Shown: positions 49,581-60,146, counted from the first letter of the stretch. The stretch: 64,000 nucleotides of DNA from Alphaproteobacteria bacterium (GCA_965214705.1 OZ243972.1:4032001-4096000); one strand, 5' to 3'. A program made the numbers and translations. The notes: generated by a model not told the origin, from the sequence alone.

Positions 49581-50459
49581 TCAGTTGCGCAACGCTGCGA
49601 AGCCTGAGATCGGGTGGTCGAGGCCCTCGAACATCTTGCCGGTGACGCGGGCGTAGTGACGGGTCGTGTTCGCGCTTCGATGGCCGAGCATGTCCCGGAT
49701 CACCTCGATATCGCCGCCGCGCTCGAGGAGATGGGTCGCCGCCGAATGGCGCAGGCAATGGAAGGTGTAGCTGCGGTCGAGCTCGGCAATGTCGCGCGCC
49801 CTCCTGAAGGCGGCCTGCAAGGTCTCCGTTGCGATGGGCCTGTCGAGCGAGACGCCGTAGAAGAGCCAGCTCGTCGGACGCGGCCAGATGTTCCTGTAGT
49901 AGGCGCGCAAGTAGTGGATGACGCTGTCCGGCAACGGTGCCATTCTCTCGGTGCCGCCTTTGCCGGAGGGGATGTGCAGCAGCTTCTTCTCCGACAGGAT
50001 GTCGCCGACCTTGATGGCCAAGGTCTCGGAGATGCGGAGCCCGCCGCCATAGCCGGTGACAATGGCAGCACGGTGGCGGAGGTCGGGCGTCGCAAGGATG
50101 AGGTGCTCGACCTCCTGCTCCGACATGTAGCGCGGCAGCTTGCCGGGCTTCTTGCGGGAGCGCAGGCCGGCGACGTGGTCAGGCCAGCCGAGTGTGTCGA
50201 TGTAGAGGAAGTTCAGCGCGGCGAAGGAGACGTTGGTCGTGCCCGGACTGAGCCCCTTGTCGATCCGCCCCAGGTACCACTGGCGCACCTGCTCGGCGTC
50301 GAGCTCGTCCGGCGAGGCGTCGTAGTACCTGGCCAGGTTCTTGATCTCGCAGATGTAGGCCTTGGACGTGCTCGCGGCCAGATTGGCGATGCGGAGCTGC
50401 TCCTCCATGCGCTGGCGAAGAGGGGTGACGGTGTTCGTGTCGCACGCGGTCCCGGTCAT
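49581..50459 (-). CDS. tyrosine integrase partner, copy C
   Basis: Near-identical to copies A and B. Confidence 0.9.
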   Translation of the reverse strand: MTGTACDTNTVTPLRQRMEEQLRIANLAASTSKAYICEIKNLARYYDASPDELDAEQVRQWYLGRIDKGLSPGTTNVSFAALNFLYIDTLGWPDHVAGLRSRKKPGKLPRYMSEQEVEHLILATPDLRHRAAIVTGYGGGLRISETLAIKVGDILSEKKLLHIPSGKGGTERMAPLPDSVIHYLRAYYRNIWPRPTSWLFYGVSLDRPIATETLQAAFRRARDIAELDRSYTFHCLRHSAATHLLERGGDIEVIRDMLGHRSANTTRHYARVTGKMFEGLDHPISGFAALRN

Positions 50460-50773
50460 TATCGATCTCCCTGGATCGCGACGGCGCGCCGCCGGACCGA
50501 TCCGGCGACGGTCCGTCGCAGGGGTCGATGCTAACCACTGGTGATCGGGAGGCTGCTGGGGATCCGCCACCCGACGGGCGGAGCGCCACTGACGCAACCG
50601 GGAAGCGAACGCACAGGGCAAACGGCACCCGCGACGCCTCGGAAATGAATGAACTCTACGCCGCTAACTCCGCGTAGCGGCTTCGTTCAAGAAATCTTCG
50701 GCTTCCTATACTCAACGGCCCCCGGTTGGATGCTCGCGCTCGGGATCACGCTCGGCGTGATCCTCACGTAGCA

Positions 50774-51085
50774 TCAATCCTTCTTGGCGGCGTTCATGAT
50801 CTTGGCGATGTCGTCACCGGTGAGCGCGCCACCCTTCCTCGTGGCGAACCAGTAGGTCACGACGGCGGCGGCGATCGGCAATATGGCGAAGAACAAGTCC
50901 TTCGCCATGGCGTGTTCGCCTATCGCTATGAAGTAGCCGGCGAACCCCGCCCCCGCCCCGAACAGGAAGAAGGCGGCGCTGTACGTCACGCGCACCCGGA
51001 CCGCACTCCTCATCCTCTCGGCCTTGGGGTCCTGTTCCTGAGTCGAGGTATCGGCTCCCCCGCCGCCTGCTGGATCTTCAGCCAT
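50774..51085 (-). CDS. small two-TM membrane protein
   Basis: Two hydrophobic segments; GGAGG RBS; follows the DUF1508 gene. Confidence 0.65.
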   Translation of the reverse strand: MAEDPAGGGGADTSTQEQDPKAERMRSAVRVRVTYSAAFFLFGAGAGFAGYFIAIGEHAMAKDLFFAILPIAAAVVTYWFATRKGGALTGDDIAKIMNAAKKD

Positions 51086-51089
51086 CGAA

Positions 51090-51260
51090 CTAAACCTCCT
51101 CTACCGAGGCGTTGCCCGAGCCCTTCACCAAGTCGATCCCGTGAAGGCAGTCCGCCTTGTTCTTGTAACCCTCGCCCGAGGTGGCGATGATCTCGTGGTT
51201 GGCAGCCCGCAGACGCCACCGCCACTCCTTGGCAGCGTCCTGGTACACTTGATAGCGCAT
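51090..51260 (-). CDS. YegP/DUF1508-family protein
   Basis: EWRWRLRAANHEIIATSGEGYKNKADC. Confidence 0.85.
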   Translation of the reverse strand: MRYQVYQDAAKEWRWRLRAANHEIIATSGEGYKNKADCLHGIDLVKGSGNASVEEV

Positions 51261-51546
51261 GATCAGAGTACCCTCTCGTTTGCGACCCGCGATTCGGTCA
51301 CGAGGCGAACTTTCTGGGTAGCACGATCGAGGGATGGGGCACAACCCCGCATGTAGGGGGTCGGGGTGGAATCGGAGTTTCGAGGGCTGGTGGTGGGCGG
51401 AGGGGCTAGATGTGGAGGGAAGCGGAACGCATGGGAACACCGTTCCGTCAGCTATGTAAGCTCCCTCGTGAAACCTGTGACCCTGACGCATCGACACCGT
51501 TGCCAGGCGGGCAATTTCCGAGAAATGCTGGACATAGATCCGCGAC

Positions 51547-51924
51547 TCAGTCGGCAGAAAGAAGCTTCGACTGCGCCTCCCTGCCCGCCCGGATCATGCT
51601 CTCGACCTCATCCTGACGCCCTTCGCTGATTAGTTCGTCGCGCTTGAGCGAGGAGAGAAAGAGTACGCCTCGAAATGTATGCTCGATCAGTTGGACGACT
51701 CCGGGCGAGAGCGCGCCGCGAGTCAGGAGGGAATCGTCCTTTGCCATCGTCACCGCAGCGTTGCGCACGAACTCGGCGGTCGAGTTCATGTCGTGCCTGG
51801 CGGCGGCATGCGAGACTTGTTCCCACTCGCTGTCCGAGAATCTGATCGTGCGAGAGGTGCGAGCGTCGCCTGGTCTCGTGCCGGGATCCGCTTCGGTGGT
51901 GCCACCGGAGCTGTTTTCGGTCAT
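51547..51924 (-). CDS. RHH/MobC-like DNA-binding protein, paralog of 9949-10332
   Basis: RTIRFSDSEWEQV...EFVRNAA...LKRDELISEGRQ. Confidence 0.65.
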   Translation of the reverse strand: MTENSSGGTTEADPGTRPGDARTSRTIRFSDSEWEQVSHAAARHDMNSTAEFVRNAAVTMAKDDSLLTRGALSPGVVQLIEHTFRGVLFLSSLKRDELISEGRQDEVESMIRAGREAQSKLLSAD

Positions 51925-52617
51925 TGCCGTGTCCTTTCGGTTGCGGGAATCGCCTGCCCGGCTGGATCGCACGCGAGCTGAGATACCCTGCTTACAGTCG
52001 TCGAAGGGGGCAGAAATCCGCGCATTGCGCGGAGCATTCGCAGGACGATTTGCCTTACAGCCGTGAATGTCACACGAATGTCGCCCGAGGTGGTCTGGGT
52101 GTATGTCGATTTTATGTCAACGAGTTGGGAGGGAGAATGTCAAATGACATTCGCTCGATCCAACGCCGCCGATCCGGGCCTCTTCACACTCCTGACATCT
52201 CCTGACTATCCATGGTGATTCGTTTTGCCAAAACGTGGTACTGCACCTTCAGGTGCGCTCAGGTGTGAGGGCAAAAGCGCCCTGAGGGCGTAGGACAGGT
52301 CCGAGGGACCGCAGAAAAGCTATCAGGCCCAGCCACTTAAGGGGCGAGGGGAGGCTTGGTGAGGCCAGGGATCCGAGAATTCGGGTGTGTTTGCCGGAGA
52401 ACACGGGAATTTCCCATGGCACGCATGCATAGAGACACAGGTGGCGACTTATGTGGTCCTTGTGTGGCGATGCCGGAGCGCTCGGCACGGCTCGGGATGC
52501 ACTCGGGGATCGATCTGTGCCGAGCTCGTGCAGGGGCATGTTCTCGCTGGCCTGGCGGCGTTCGGAAATACAGCGGAACCGGGGTATGCGATCATGGTCG
52601 GCGCAGTGGACCGATCA

Positions 52618-53262
52618 CCATGATCGTCACGAGTGTCGGACGTGGTGACGTCGGGCCGTTCAGGCGCGACGGCACCAATGTCCGTCGAACTGCGGAGGCG
52701 CTCGTCGCCATCGGCGGCGGCGCTGACGCCGAGCGTGCACGCGGGACGTTCAGTCCGTAAGCCAAAGGTGAACTGCGGCACGATGTCGGCGGCCGCACTC
52801 GTCGGCGCATCGTCTGAGTCTTCATCGCCATGGTCATCGTCATCGCTTCATGCGAAGGCGCGTGCAGCGATGAGGGTGCCGGTGTTGGGAACGACAATGG
52901 CGGCGGGCGGCTCGACCGCGGGGCGGGCCTCGCGGTCAGGCGGGTGCGTGCCTGCGGCAAGCAGGCGAGGGTCGCGGCCGGACGGCAAGCGGAAGGAGGT
53001 GCAGACGCTCGCGATCGTGATTGGCGCAGCGAGCCGCTCGCCATGATCGTCACGAGTGCCGGGCTCGGTGGCGTCGGGCCGTTCAGGCACGACGGCATCA
53101 ATGTCCGTCGAAGTGCGGAGGCGCTCGTCGCCATCGGCGACGGCGCTGACGCCGAGGGTGCGCGCGTGACTTGCGGTTCGGCGGTCGAAGATGGATTGCG
53201 GCACGATGTCGGCGGCCGCACTCGCCGGTGCACCATGGCCATGTTCATCGCTCTGATCATCC
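52618..53262. repeat. imperfect ~220-bp direct repeat, offset 423 bp
   Basis: CCATGATCGTCACGAGTG... at 52618 and 53041. Confidence 0.85.
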
Positions 53263-53751
53263 TCACCGGCACAAGCGGGAGCACGCGCAGTCCATGGGCG
53301 TGCCGCTGCAACGGCCGGCGACGGCGCGCGAGCGCCGAGCCAGACGCGGTGACGCAGGACGGGCAAGCCGGAGAGCAGGACACACGCATCGAGCCCGGCG
53401 ATGGCGCGTAGCGTCGAGCCTGATGCACGGCGGCGGAGGGAGGGGGGAAGCACGGTCGCTGCAGCGAGCGGGAGCGGCGCCGGCGCGAAGCGCGGCGACG
53501 CCGGCGTTCGAGCGCGCACTCGGATTGGCGGTGCGCGATCCGACGGGCGGGCGCACAGGCCGACGCTCGTGATGCCCGTCGTGAAACACGACGAAAGCGG
53601 CCGATGCCTTGAGGCACCGGCCGCTTCGTCGAGGCGCGCGCTGCTTACGCGGCTTTCATTATCATAATGCCGAGAAGGTTGTAATGCCGAGCGGGTCGCT
53701 GGGATCGGCTTAGTTCTGCCGTTTTCCTGCCGATTCGCTCGGCATTAATTG

Positions 53752-54753
53752 TCACGGCCAGTTTCCGCCGAGAACCATCATCAAGCTGTCCTTCACACCG
53801 TTGAAGGTCCCGCGGCGGATGGAAGGCGGCGTGTTGGCCCCAAGGATTTTCAACTTCTCGGCCGCGCTCGAACGAAGGTACACCTCGGTAATCTTGACGT
53901 CGGCGTGACCGAGCCAGATCGAGACCTTCCGGATGTCCCCCCGTGTGGCATCCAGAACGGTCATTGCCGACGAATGACGGAGCACGTGCGGGGTCACCCG
54001 CTTGCTCTTGATGGACGGGACCTTGCAGGCCGCGGTGGCGACATGCTGGTCGAGGATGTAAGCGAAGCCGTCCGTGCTCAACGCCCGCCCGCGGGCGCTG
54101 AGGAAGAGATAGCGATTGTTGACCGGCGGGCGGACGTCGAGCCACTCATTGAGGACGGCCCTCGTTTCCTTCCAGAGCGGCAGTTCGCGCTCGCGCCGCC
54201 CCTTGCCCAGGATGCGGACAGTCTCAAGATGGGGACTCGACAGGCTGTCGAGAGTGAGCCTGGTCAGTTCCGACACCCGGAGCCCGGCCGCGTAGCATAG
54301 ATGCAGCATGGCGCGGTCGCGCAGGCCTGCGACCGTCGCGGTATCCGGCGCATCCAGGATCGCCTGCATCTCCATCCGGTCGAGCCAGTCGATCAGGGGT
54401 TTGTCGGTGCGCTTCTGCGGGATGGCGCGCACCTGCAAGGCGAGGTCGAGACAACCCGGGACACGGTATTCCAGGTATCGGAAGAAGGACTTGATGGCGG
54501 CGAGGCGATTGTTGCGGGTGCCGATGCTGTTGTTGCGATCCTTCTCCAGAGACTCGAGGAAGGCCAGCAGTAGAGCCACCGTCAGGTGCTCGATCTTCAG
54601 GATGCAGGGGCGCACCCTGGTCTTTTCCGCCGCGTAGATGACGAGGAGGCGGAAGCACTCCTTATAGCTCTGCACGGTGTGGCGGCTGAAGCGCCGCTCG
54701 TTAGGAAGGTGCTCCTCCAGGAAGCTCGTCAGGTGGGGGGCAAGATCAGTCAT
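53752..54753 (-). CDS. RIT recombinase C
   Basis: Identical to 15573-16574. Confidence 0.9.
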   Translation of the reverse strand: MTDLAPHLTSFLEEHLPNERRFSRHTVQSYKECFRLLVIYAAEKTRVRPCILKIEHLTVALLLAFLESLEKDRNNSIGTRNNRLAAIKSFFRYLEYRVPGCLDLALQVRAIPQKRTDKPLIDWLDRMEMQAILDAPDTATVAGLRDRAMLHLCYAAGLRVSELTRLTLDSLSSPHLETVRILGKGRRERELPLWKETRAVLNEWLDVRPPVNNRYLFLSARGRALSTDGFAYILDQHVATAACKVPSIKSKRVTPHVLRHSSAMTVLDATRGDIRKVSIWLGHADVKITEVYLRSSAAEKLKILGANTPPSIRRGTFNGVKDSLMMVLGGNWP

Positions 54754-55678
54754 CGGAACCCCCATTCGCGTGAGCCTCTTCCGCGGCTTCGGCAATGCCG
54801 CGCAGGAGGGCAGGGGTCGATTCCAGATACCAGTAGGTGCTTGAGACGTTGACATGGCCGAGGTAGGTCGCAAGCGCCAGCATATGGCGGCTCGGATCGA
54901 TATCGGGAGCAAGGCTCTCAAGTGACCGCACAGCGAAGGAATGCCGCAGCGAGTGCGGTGTGGGTCCTCGCGCCGCGCCGGGTTCGCGGATTCCGGCTTG
55001 CTCCGCGAGTCTGCGGAAGACGGCCGATGCATAGCCTCTACTCGGACATAGGCCGGTGGCGATCACGAAGAGATGCGTGTCTGGCGTTTTCTCCTTGAGC
55101 CGTGACCCCAGGTAGCAGTTCAGCGCATCCCAGGTGGTCGGGTGCAGCGCGACCATCCTCGTCTTGCCGAACTTCGTGTCTCGGATGACGAGGCCGTCAG
55201 CGGTGATGTCATCCATCGTCAATGCGAGCGCTTCGCCGATGCGCAGGCCGGTCGCGGCGATGAGCCCGAACAGGTAGTGCCAGGTCAGCGGGGCGATGCT
55301 GCCGGCAGGCCCCATGGACAGCGCCGCCATCAGAAGTTTCCCGATGTCCGGGACCGATATCAGGCAGGGTCGCGGCCTCTGCTTGTTCGGGCGGCCCAGC
55401 GCATCGCGCGGCGGTACTTCGTGACGCGCATCCTCGGCATGCAGCCAGCTGGCAAAGTCATGTACCGCGCGCAGCCTTCTGACTCCTTCGGACTGCGATG
55501 CCGCTCTCGACGACGATGCCCACTCGATGGCGGTCGTGGAATGGATGAATGTTTCATCACGGTCCTCGGCGAACCTGGCGAAGCTGTGCAGCATCCCTTC
55601 GCACCGCCCGAACCGGTAGCCGAGCTTCTGTTTCATCGCGACGAAGCGCGAGACCTGTTCGCTGATTGTCATCGTCAT
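54746..55678 (-). CDS. RIT recombinase B
   Basis: Identical to 14648-15580. Confidence 0.9.
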   Translation of the reverse strand: MTMTISEQVSRFVAMKQKLGYRFGRCEGMLHSFARFAEDRDETFIHSTTAIEWASSSRAASQSEGVRRLRAVHDFASWLHAEDARHEVPPRDALGRPNKQRPRPCLISVPDIGKLLMAALSMGPAGSIAPLTWHYLFGLIAATGLRIGEALALTMDDITADGLVIRDTKFGKTRMVALHPTTWDALNCYLGSRLKEKTPDTHLFVIATGLCPSRGYASAVFRRLAEQAGIREPGAARGPTPHSLRHSFAVRSLESLAPDIDPSRHMLALATYLGHVNVSSTYWYLESTPALLRGIAEAAEEAHANGGSDD

Positions 55679-57249
55679 CGATCGATCCCCCCGATCCAGG
55701 GTTGGGCAACCTCCTGCAACATGACCGCGTCGGTCTTCGCATAGATCATGGTGGCGCTCGGGGAAGCGTGCCGGAGCAGCGATTGGATGACGTGGAGCGT
55801 TGCTCCGGATCTGAGCAGCGCTGTCGCCTGGGAATGGCGGAATGTATGCGCGCCGCGGCCGCCGAAGGTCTTGACCCCGGCGCGGTCGAGAGCCCATTCC
55901 GCCACGGCGCTGACGACACTCGAGTCGGTGAACGGCCGACAGGGCGCGTTCACACAGAAGAACACCTTCTCCTCATCCACCCTTGGCCGCGCCGTCGCGA
56001 TATAGGCGTGGAGCGCATCGCCGACGTCCTGGGGCAGAGGCAGAGCCGTCTCCCGCCGTGATTTTCCCGAGACACGGATCTCGGCCCTGTCCCAGTCGAT
56101 ATCGCCGAGGCGCAGAGCGACGATATCCCCGGCCCGCAGGGCCAGCCGTGCCAGAAGCAGCAGGATCGCCCGATCGCGCACGCCCTTGGGGTCGTCGCCG
56201 CAGGATGCGATGGCGCGCTCGACATCGTCGGCCGAGATGTATCGTGGCAAGGTGGACAATCGCCACTGCGGCACCGTCGGCACGGCCTCGACCAGTCTCG
56301 CCGCGATGCTGGCTTCCGACACCAGGAACCGCAGATACATGCGCATCGCGGTGGTCAGCCTTCGGGCGTAGCCCTGCGACCAGGGCTCCATACGGTCGAA
56401 CAACGCCCGCCGGATCAGCGCCGCGTCATAGGCCCCAGGATCGTCCCCAAGGTCAGGCAGCATCTCTGCGATCAATCGGACATACTGGCGTATGCTCTCC
56501 GGGCTGATCGCACGATGGCGTTCAAGCCAGTCGCCGAATCTCTCGAGGCGAGGGGGCGGCGGGGTCTTCTCGTCCGGGTTCTGTTCGAACGGTTCGATCC
56601 GCCCGATCGAGACGAGATGCTTCAGGAAGCCGCGCAGCTCGGTCTCGTATGCGGTTGCGGGGCACCGCGATTCCTGGCCGCAAAACACCCCGGGGATCGA
56701 GCAGACGATCTGCCTGCGCCGGAAACGTGCGATTACCTCCGGCGACAGATCGCACAGGCGAAGCCGTGAGAGGTGGAGCCAGACAATGAGACCGCCGCAT
56801 CCGTGGCCATACAGCTCAATGGTCGCGGTCGCGTAGCCATCGCGGCGCAAGCTCGCGAGGAACGCATCCAGCAGCCTGAAATTGTCGTCGAGCTCGCCGG
56901 GAGTCTCGATGCGCCCCGTCCGCTCAAGGAAGCGGATGAACGTCATGACTCTGGACGACGTGCGGCACTTGCGCCAGCGGCGAAGCCGGACGGGCGCGGA
57001 CGATTCGGCACAACGGCAATCGTGCTGCAGAAAGTGCTCGATGGCCGTGCCGTCGACCATCTTGAGCTCGATGCCGGCGAGCTTAAGCCAGATCAGGAAG
57101 TGACGAGCGGCATACCGGTACTTGGGGAGCTGACCCTCGGCAGCTCCACCTCGATGGCGAAGGTCGTCGATGAACTCAAGAATGATTGGATCGAAGCCGG
57201 CCAGCGCCGTGGTCTCCAGCAACGACCCGCGGTTGGGTGTCGAAGACAT
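55675..57249 (-). CDS. RIT recombinase A
   Basis: Identical to 13077-14651. Confidence 0.9.
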   Translation of the reverse strand: MSSTPNRGSLLETTALAGFDPIILEFIDDLRHRGGAAEGQLPKYRYAARHFLIWLKLAGIELKMVDGTAIEHFLQHDCRCAESSAPVRLRRWRKCRTSSRVMTFIRFLERTGRIETPGELDDNFRLLDAFLASLRRDGYATATIELYGHGCGGLIVWLHLSRLRLCDLSPEVIARFRRRQIVCSIPGVFCGQESRCPATAYETELRGFLKHLVSIGRIEPFEQNPDEKTPPPPRLERFGDWLERHRAISPESIRQYVRLIAEMLPDLGDDPGAYDAALIRRALFDRMEPWSQGYARRLTTAMRMYLRFLVSEASIAARLVEAVPTVPQWRLSTLPRYISADDVERAIASCGDDPKGVRDRAILLLLARLALRAGDIVALRLGDIDWDRAEIRVSGKSRRETALPLPQDVGDALHAYIATARPRVDEEKVFFCVNAPCRPFTDSSVVSAVAEWALDRAGVKTFGGRGAHTFRHSQATALLRSGATLHVIQSLLRHASPSATMIYAKTDAVMLQEVAQPWIGGIDR

Positions 57250-57394
57250 TCTTGTCGTCCTCCATCCGATTGAAAGGGAGGACGACTTTGTCGGAGAACC
57301 GACCCCAACAATTAATGCCGAGCGAATCGGCAGGAAAACGGCAGAACTAAGCCGATCCCCGCGACCCGCTCGGCATTACAACCTTCTCGGCATT

Positions 57395-57428
57395 ATGCAC
57401 GTTATGCCGAGCTCGGCATAACGTGCAT
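57395..57428. repeat. 34-bp perfect palindrome (core 57402-57421) beside RIT2
   Basis: ATGCACGTTATGCCGAG|CTCGGCATAACGTGCAT. Confidence 0.95.
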
Positions 57429-58325
57429 CACGGGAATGCCCAGCTGCTTCGCCTTGTCGACGAGGTTGCCGGTGATGCCGGAGCCGGGGAAGGCGATGAT
57501 GCCCTTGGGCAGCAGGTTGAGCAGCTCGTCGTTGCGGCGGAAGGGCGCGGCCTTGCCGTGAGCGCTCCAGTCGGGACGGCAGATCACCTGGTTGACGCCT
57601 CTGGCTTCCGCCCAGCTCGCGGCGATCTTCTCGACGCCGGGACCGCCACCATGCAGCAGCACCATGTCGCCGTACTTCGCGTGCGCCATGTCGAGCGTGC
57701 TCCAGATCGCGTCGGCATCGCTGACGGTCTTGCCGCCGGTGATCGCGACCAGGGTGCCCTCGGGCAGATGCGCCCTCGTCTCGCGGTCCTTGCGGGCGCG
57801 GCGGAAGTCGCGTGCGTCAATGGCGGCGGAGGTGAGCTGTCCGGTCTGGCTCGTGTGCGAGCCGTGCCGCGGGCGCCAGACCTCGCCGGTCTCGACGCGG
57901 TAGGCGTCGGCGGCGAGGTCGCGGAGCTTCTCGAAGGCGTCGCGCCTGTCGCCGAGGTTCTGCGCGCGGTCAGTCATCGTCTGCAACTCCCACGCCTTCA
58001 CCTCCGATCCGTCCTGCGCCTTCTCGAGGTCGCGCATCTCGGGCGCGATGCGGTCGACGGCGCGGTCCAGCCTCTGCACCTGGCTGTGCAGCATGTTGGT
58101 GAAGCCCCACATGAGCGGCTCGCGCTCGTCGGCCATCTGCGTGCCGTCGACGGTGATGCCGTCGACGATGACGCGGATGGCTTCGTTCAGCGCATCGATG
58201 GCATCGTCCTCGTCCCAGACGACCCTGCTGTCGAGCTCGCCGCGCTCGGGCGCTGCGCCGTAGAGGGCCATGCTGTCGCAAACGGTTGCAGTGGAAGAAG
58301 CAGTAGCGCTGGTTGTGTCGATCAT
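57402..58325 (-). CDS. DUF2493 (YspA/SLOG-like) domain protein; last codons supplied by the palindrome
   Basis: VAITGG, LLHGG, AAPFRRN, AFPGSGITGNL; CAGGAG RBS. Confidence 0.85.
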   Translation of the reverse strand: MIDTTSATASSTATVCDSMALYGAAPERGELDSRVVWDEDDAIDALNEAIRVIVDGITVDGTQMADEREPLMWGFTNMLHSQVQRLDRAVDRIAPEMRDLEKAQDGSEVKAWELQTMTDRAQNLGDRRDAFEKLRDLAADAYRVETGEVWRPRHGSHTSQTGQLTSAAIDARDFRRARKDRETRAHLPEGTLVAITGGKTVSDADAIWSTLDMAHAKYGDMVLLHGGGPGVEKIAASWAEARGVNQVICRPDWSAHGKAAPFRRNDELLNLLPKGIIAFPGSGITGNLVDKAKQLGIPVMHVMPSSA

Positions 58326-58629
58326 GACGATCTCCTGTTGGTTCAACCTCCGGGACCCTGTGCCCCGTCGTGATGTCCTCTGTGATTCACGCGCGCGCAG
58401 GGGCAGCACCTGGCCCTGGGAAGTCTTAGGCGGGTTTAGGTGCGGAAGTTCGGCGATGTTGGTGCGGAAGATGGCGCCGCCGTGCCGGTGGGAACGGTGC
58501 TCCGCAGCAAATCCATTCCAGTGGTCATTACGGCGCCGGGCCGGGCGGGCCCGCTTGGGCCTGCCCGGCGTCTAGGCGCCGCGACGAATGGTTCCGCGAA
58601 TGGATTTGATGCGGTGCAGCGTGACGCGG

Positions 58630-58803
58630 CGGCCCCGCGTTAGGGGCCGGCGCGCTGCAAGACGAGGCGGTTGGTGATTGCACGCAAGCCATCTTCACGG
58701 TCGCCGAACTTCACGGCCCGCCTTAGACTTCCCTGGGTCAGGCCGCAGGGAGCGGAGCGACCGGAGGACCCGCAGGGTTGCTGGCGCGAGCACGTGTGGA
58801 AAA
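58630..58803. other. conserved non-coding block, copy 2
   Basis: Matches 19992-20165. Confidence 0.6.
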
Positions 58804-59144
58804 CTCCGACATCACGACGGACGGACCCCTTTTCTGTTTCCTGCAAGCGGTGTGGTACCGCCGCAGCGATGAAAGACGCGGTGCCGGCCGCGGGCCGGGC
58901 AACGGGATCGAGGGCGAGCCGCTCCCGCCGATGACACCGCCGGTGGCGCTCGTCACCGCTCACAGCATCGGGTGGGTGTCGAGGAGGTGGCGGGCGACCT
59001 CGCGGACGCGATGGCGCTCGTGCACCCTGACGGGGCCGCGGGGGTCTTCGCTGAGATGGCATTTCGCGTCGAACAATATGTTGAGCAGCGACGCGAAGGC
59101 CCCGGCAGCTCTGGCTGCAGGGGCCTAAACGCTCAACATAGAGT

Positions 59145-60146
59145 TCACGACCTCGGGGCGCTCAGAACCCTGAGTAGCTTGTCCTGTGCGCCGCTGAAGG
59201 CCCCTTTTCGGATCCTAGGGGGCACATTCGCGTTGAGTATCTTGAGCTTCTCCGCTGTGTTGCCCCGCAGGTAAAGCTCCGTGCTCGATATGTTTGTGTG
59301 CCCCAGCCACATCGAGACGTAAAGAACGTTCCAGTGCGTCGCTTCCAACGTGTGCATGGCGCAGGAGCGCCTCAAGACGTGGGGCGTGATGCGCTTGCTG
59401 TCGATGGACGGCATAACTGATTTCGCGGCGGCAGCATGCACATTAAGACGCTGGGCGAAGCCGTGGCGGCTTATCGGTTGCCCACGGGCGCTGAGAAAGA
59501 GGTGATTAACGTGAACCTCGGGACGGATTACGAGCCAGCTCTGAAGAACGGACTGGGTTTCCTTCCAGAGAGGTAGGATCCGCTCGCGTCGCCCCTTGCC
59601 CATCACATGCACCGTATCCAAGTGCGGGTGCGAGAGGCTATCAATCGTAAGCGACGTCAGTTCAGAGACGCGAAGCGCTGCGGTATAGGCGAGATGAAGC
59701 ATCGCCCGGTCCCGCACACCGGAAGGTGTGCTGATGTCCGGTGCGTCGACAATCGCCTGGATTTCGTCGCGGTCGAGCCAGTGGGGTAGCGCTTTTTCGC
59801 TACGCTTCTCCGGAATGGCGTGCAACCGCCGAGAGAGTTCGAGACATGCGGGCTCTCTGTATTCGAGGTAACGAAAGAACGATTTGATTGCTGTTAGCCG
59901 GGCGTTCCTCGTGCGAGCCGTGTTTCCACGCTCTTTTTCCAGGTAGTCCAAGAAGTCGAGGATGAGCTCAATTGAGAGTTGCTCGAGTACGATGGAGCTC
60001 GGTTGAATGCCGAACCGACCGGCAGCGAACACAGTAAACAGCAGCAGACTGTCGGAGTAGCTGTCTATGGTATTCTGGCTGAGGTGCCGATCGCGTGGCA
60101 GGTGCTCGAGAACGAACGCCGTTACATGGGGAGCAATGTAAATCAT
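59145..60146 (-). CDS. RIT recombinase C
   Basis: ALRVSE, GKGRRER, PHVLRRS, WLGH...TELY. Confidence 0.9.
   Translation of the reverse strand: MIYIAPHVTAFVLEHLPRDRHLSQNTIDSYSDSLLLFTVFAAGRFGIQPSSIVLEQLSIELILDFLDYLEKERGNTARTRNARLTAIKSFFRYLEYREPACLELSRRLHAIPEKRSEKALPHWLDRDEIQAIVDAPDISTPSGVRDRAMLHLAYTAALRVSELTSLTIDSLSHPHLDTVHVMGKGRRERILPLWKETQSVLQSWLVIRPEVHVNHLFLSARGQPISRHGFAQRLNVHAAAAKSVMPSIDSKRITPHVLRRSCAMHTLEATHWNVLYVSMWLGHTNISSTELYLRGNTAEKLKILNANVPPRIRKGAFSGAQDKLLRVLSAPRS

Larger units (their letters stand above)
48025..50691 (-). mobile_element. IS91-like transposase + integrase element, copy C (intact, ~2.67 kb)
   Basis: Ends defined by comparison with copies A and B; removal restores a hairpin in the target. 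Confidence 0.9.
53665..57395 (-). mobile_element. RIT element 2, inverted copy of RIT1
   Basis: Same 3731-bp length, identical proteins and TIRs. Confidence 0.92.

Noticed and set aside
49581-50691. Integron (IntI + attC)
   Set aside because: The integrase shows no IntI-specific insertion and there is no cassette array; the hairpins are element ends.
52592-53617. 341-aa minus-strand ORF spanning the direct repeat
   Set aside because: Low complexity, and repeat differences are mostly non-synonymous.
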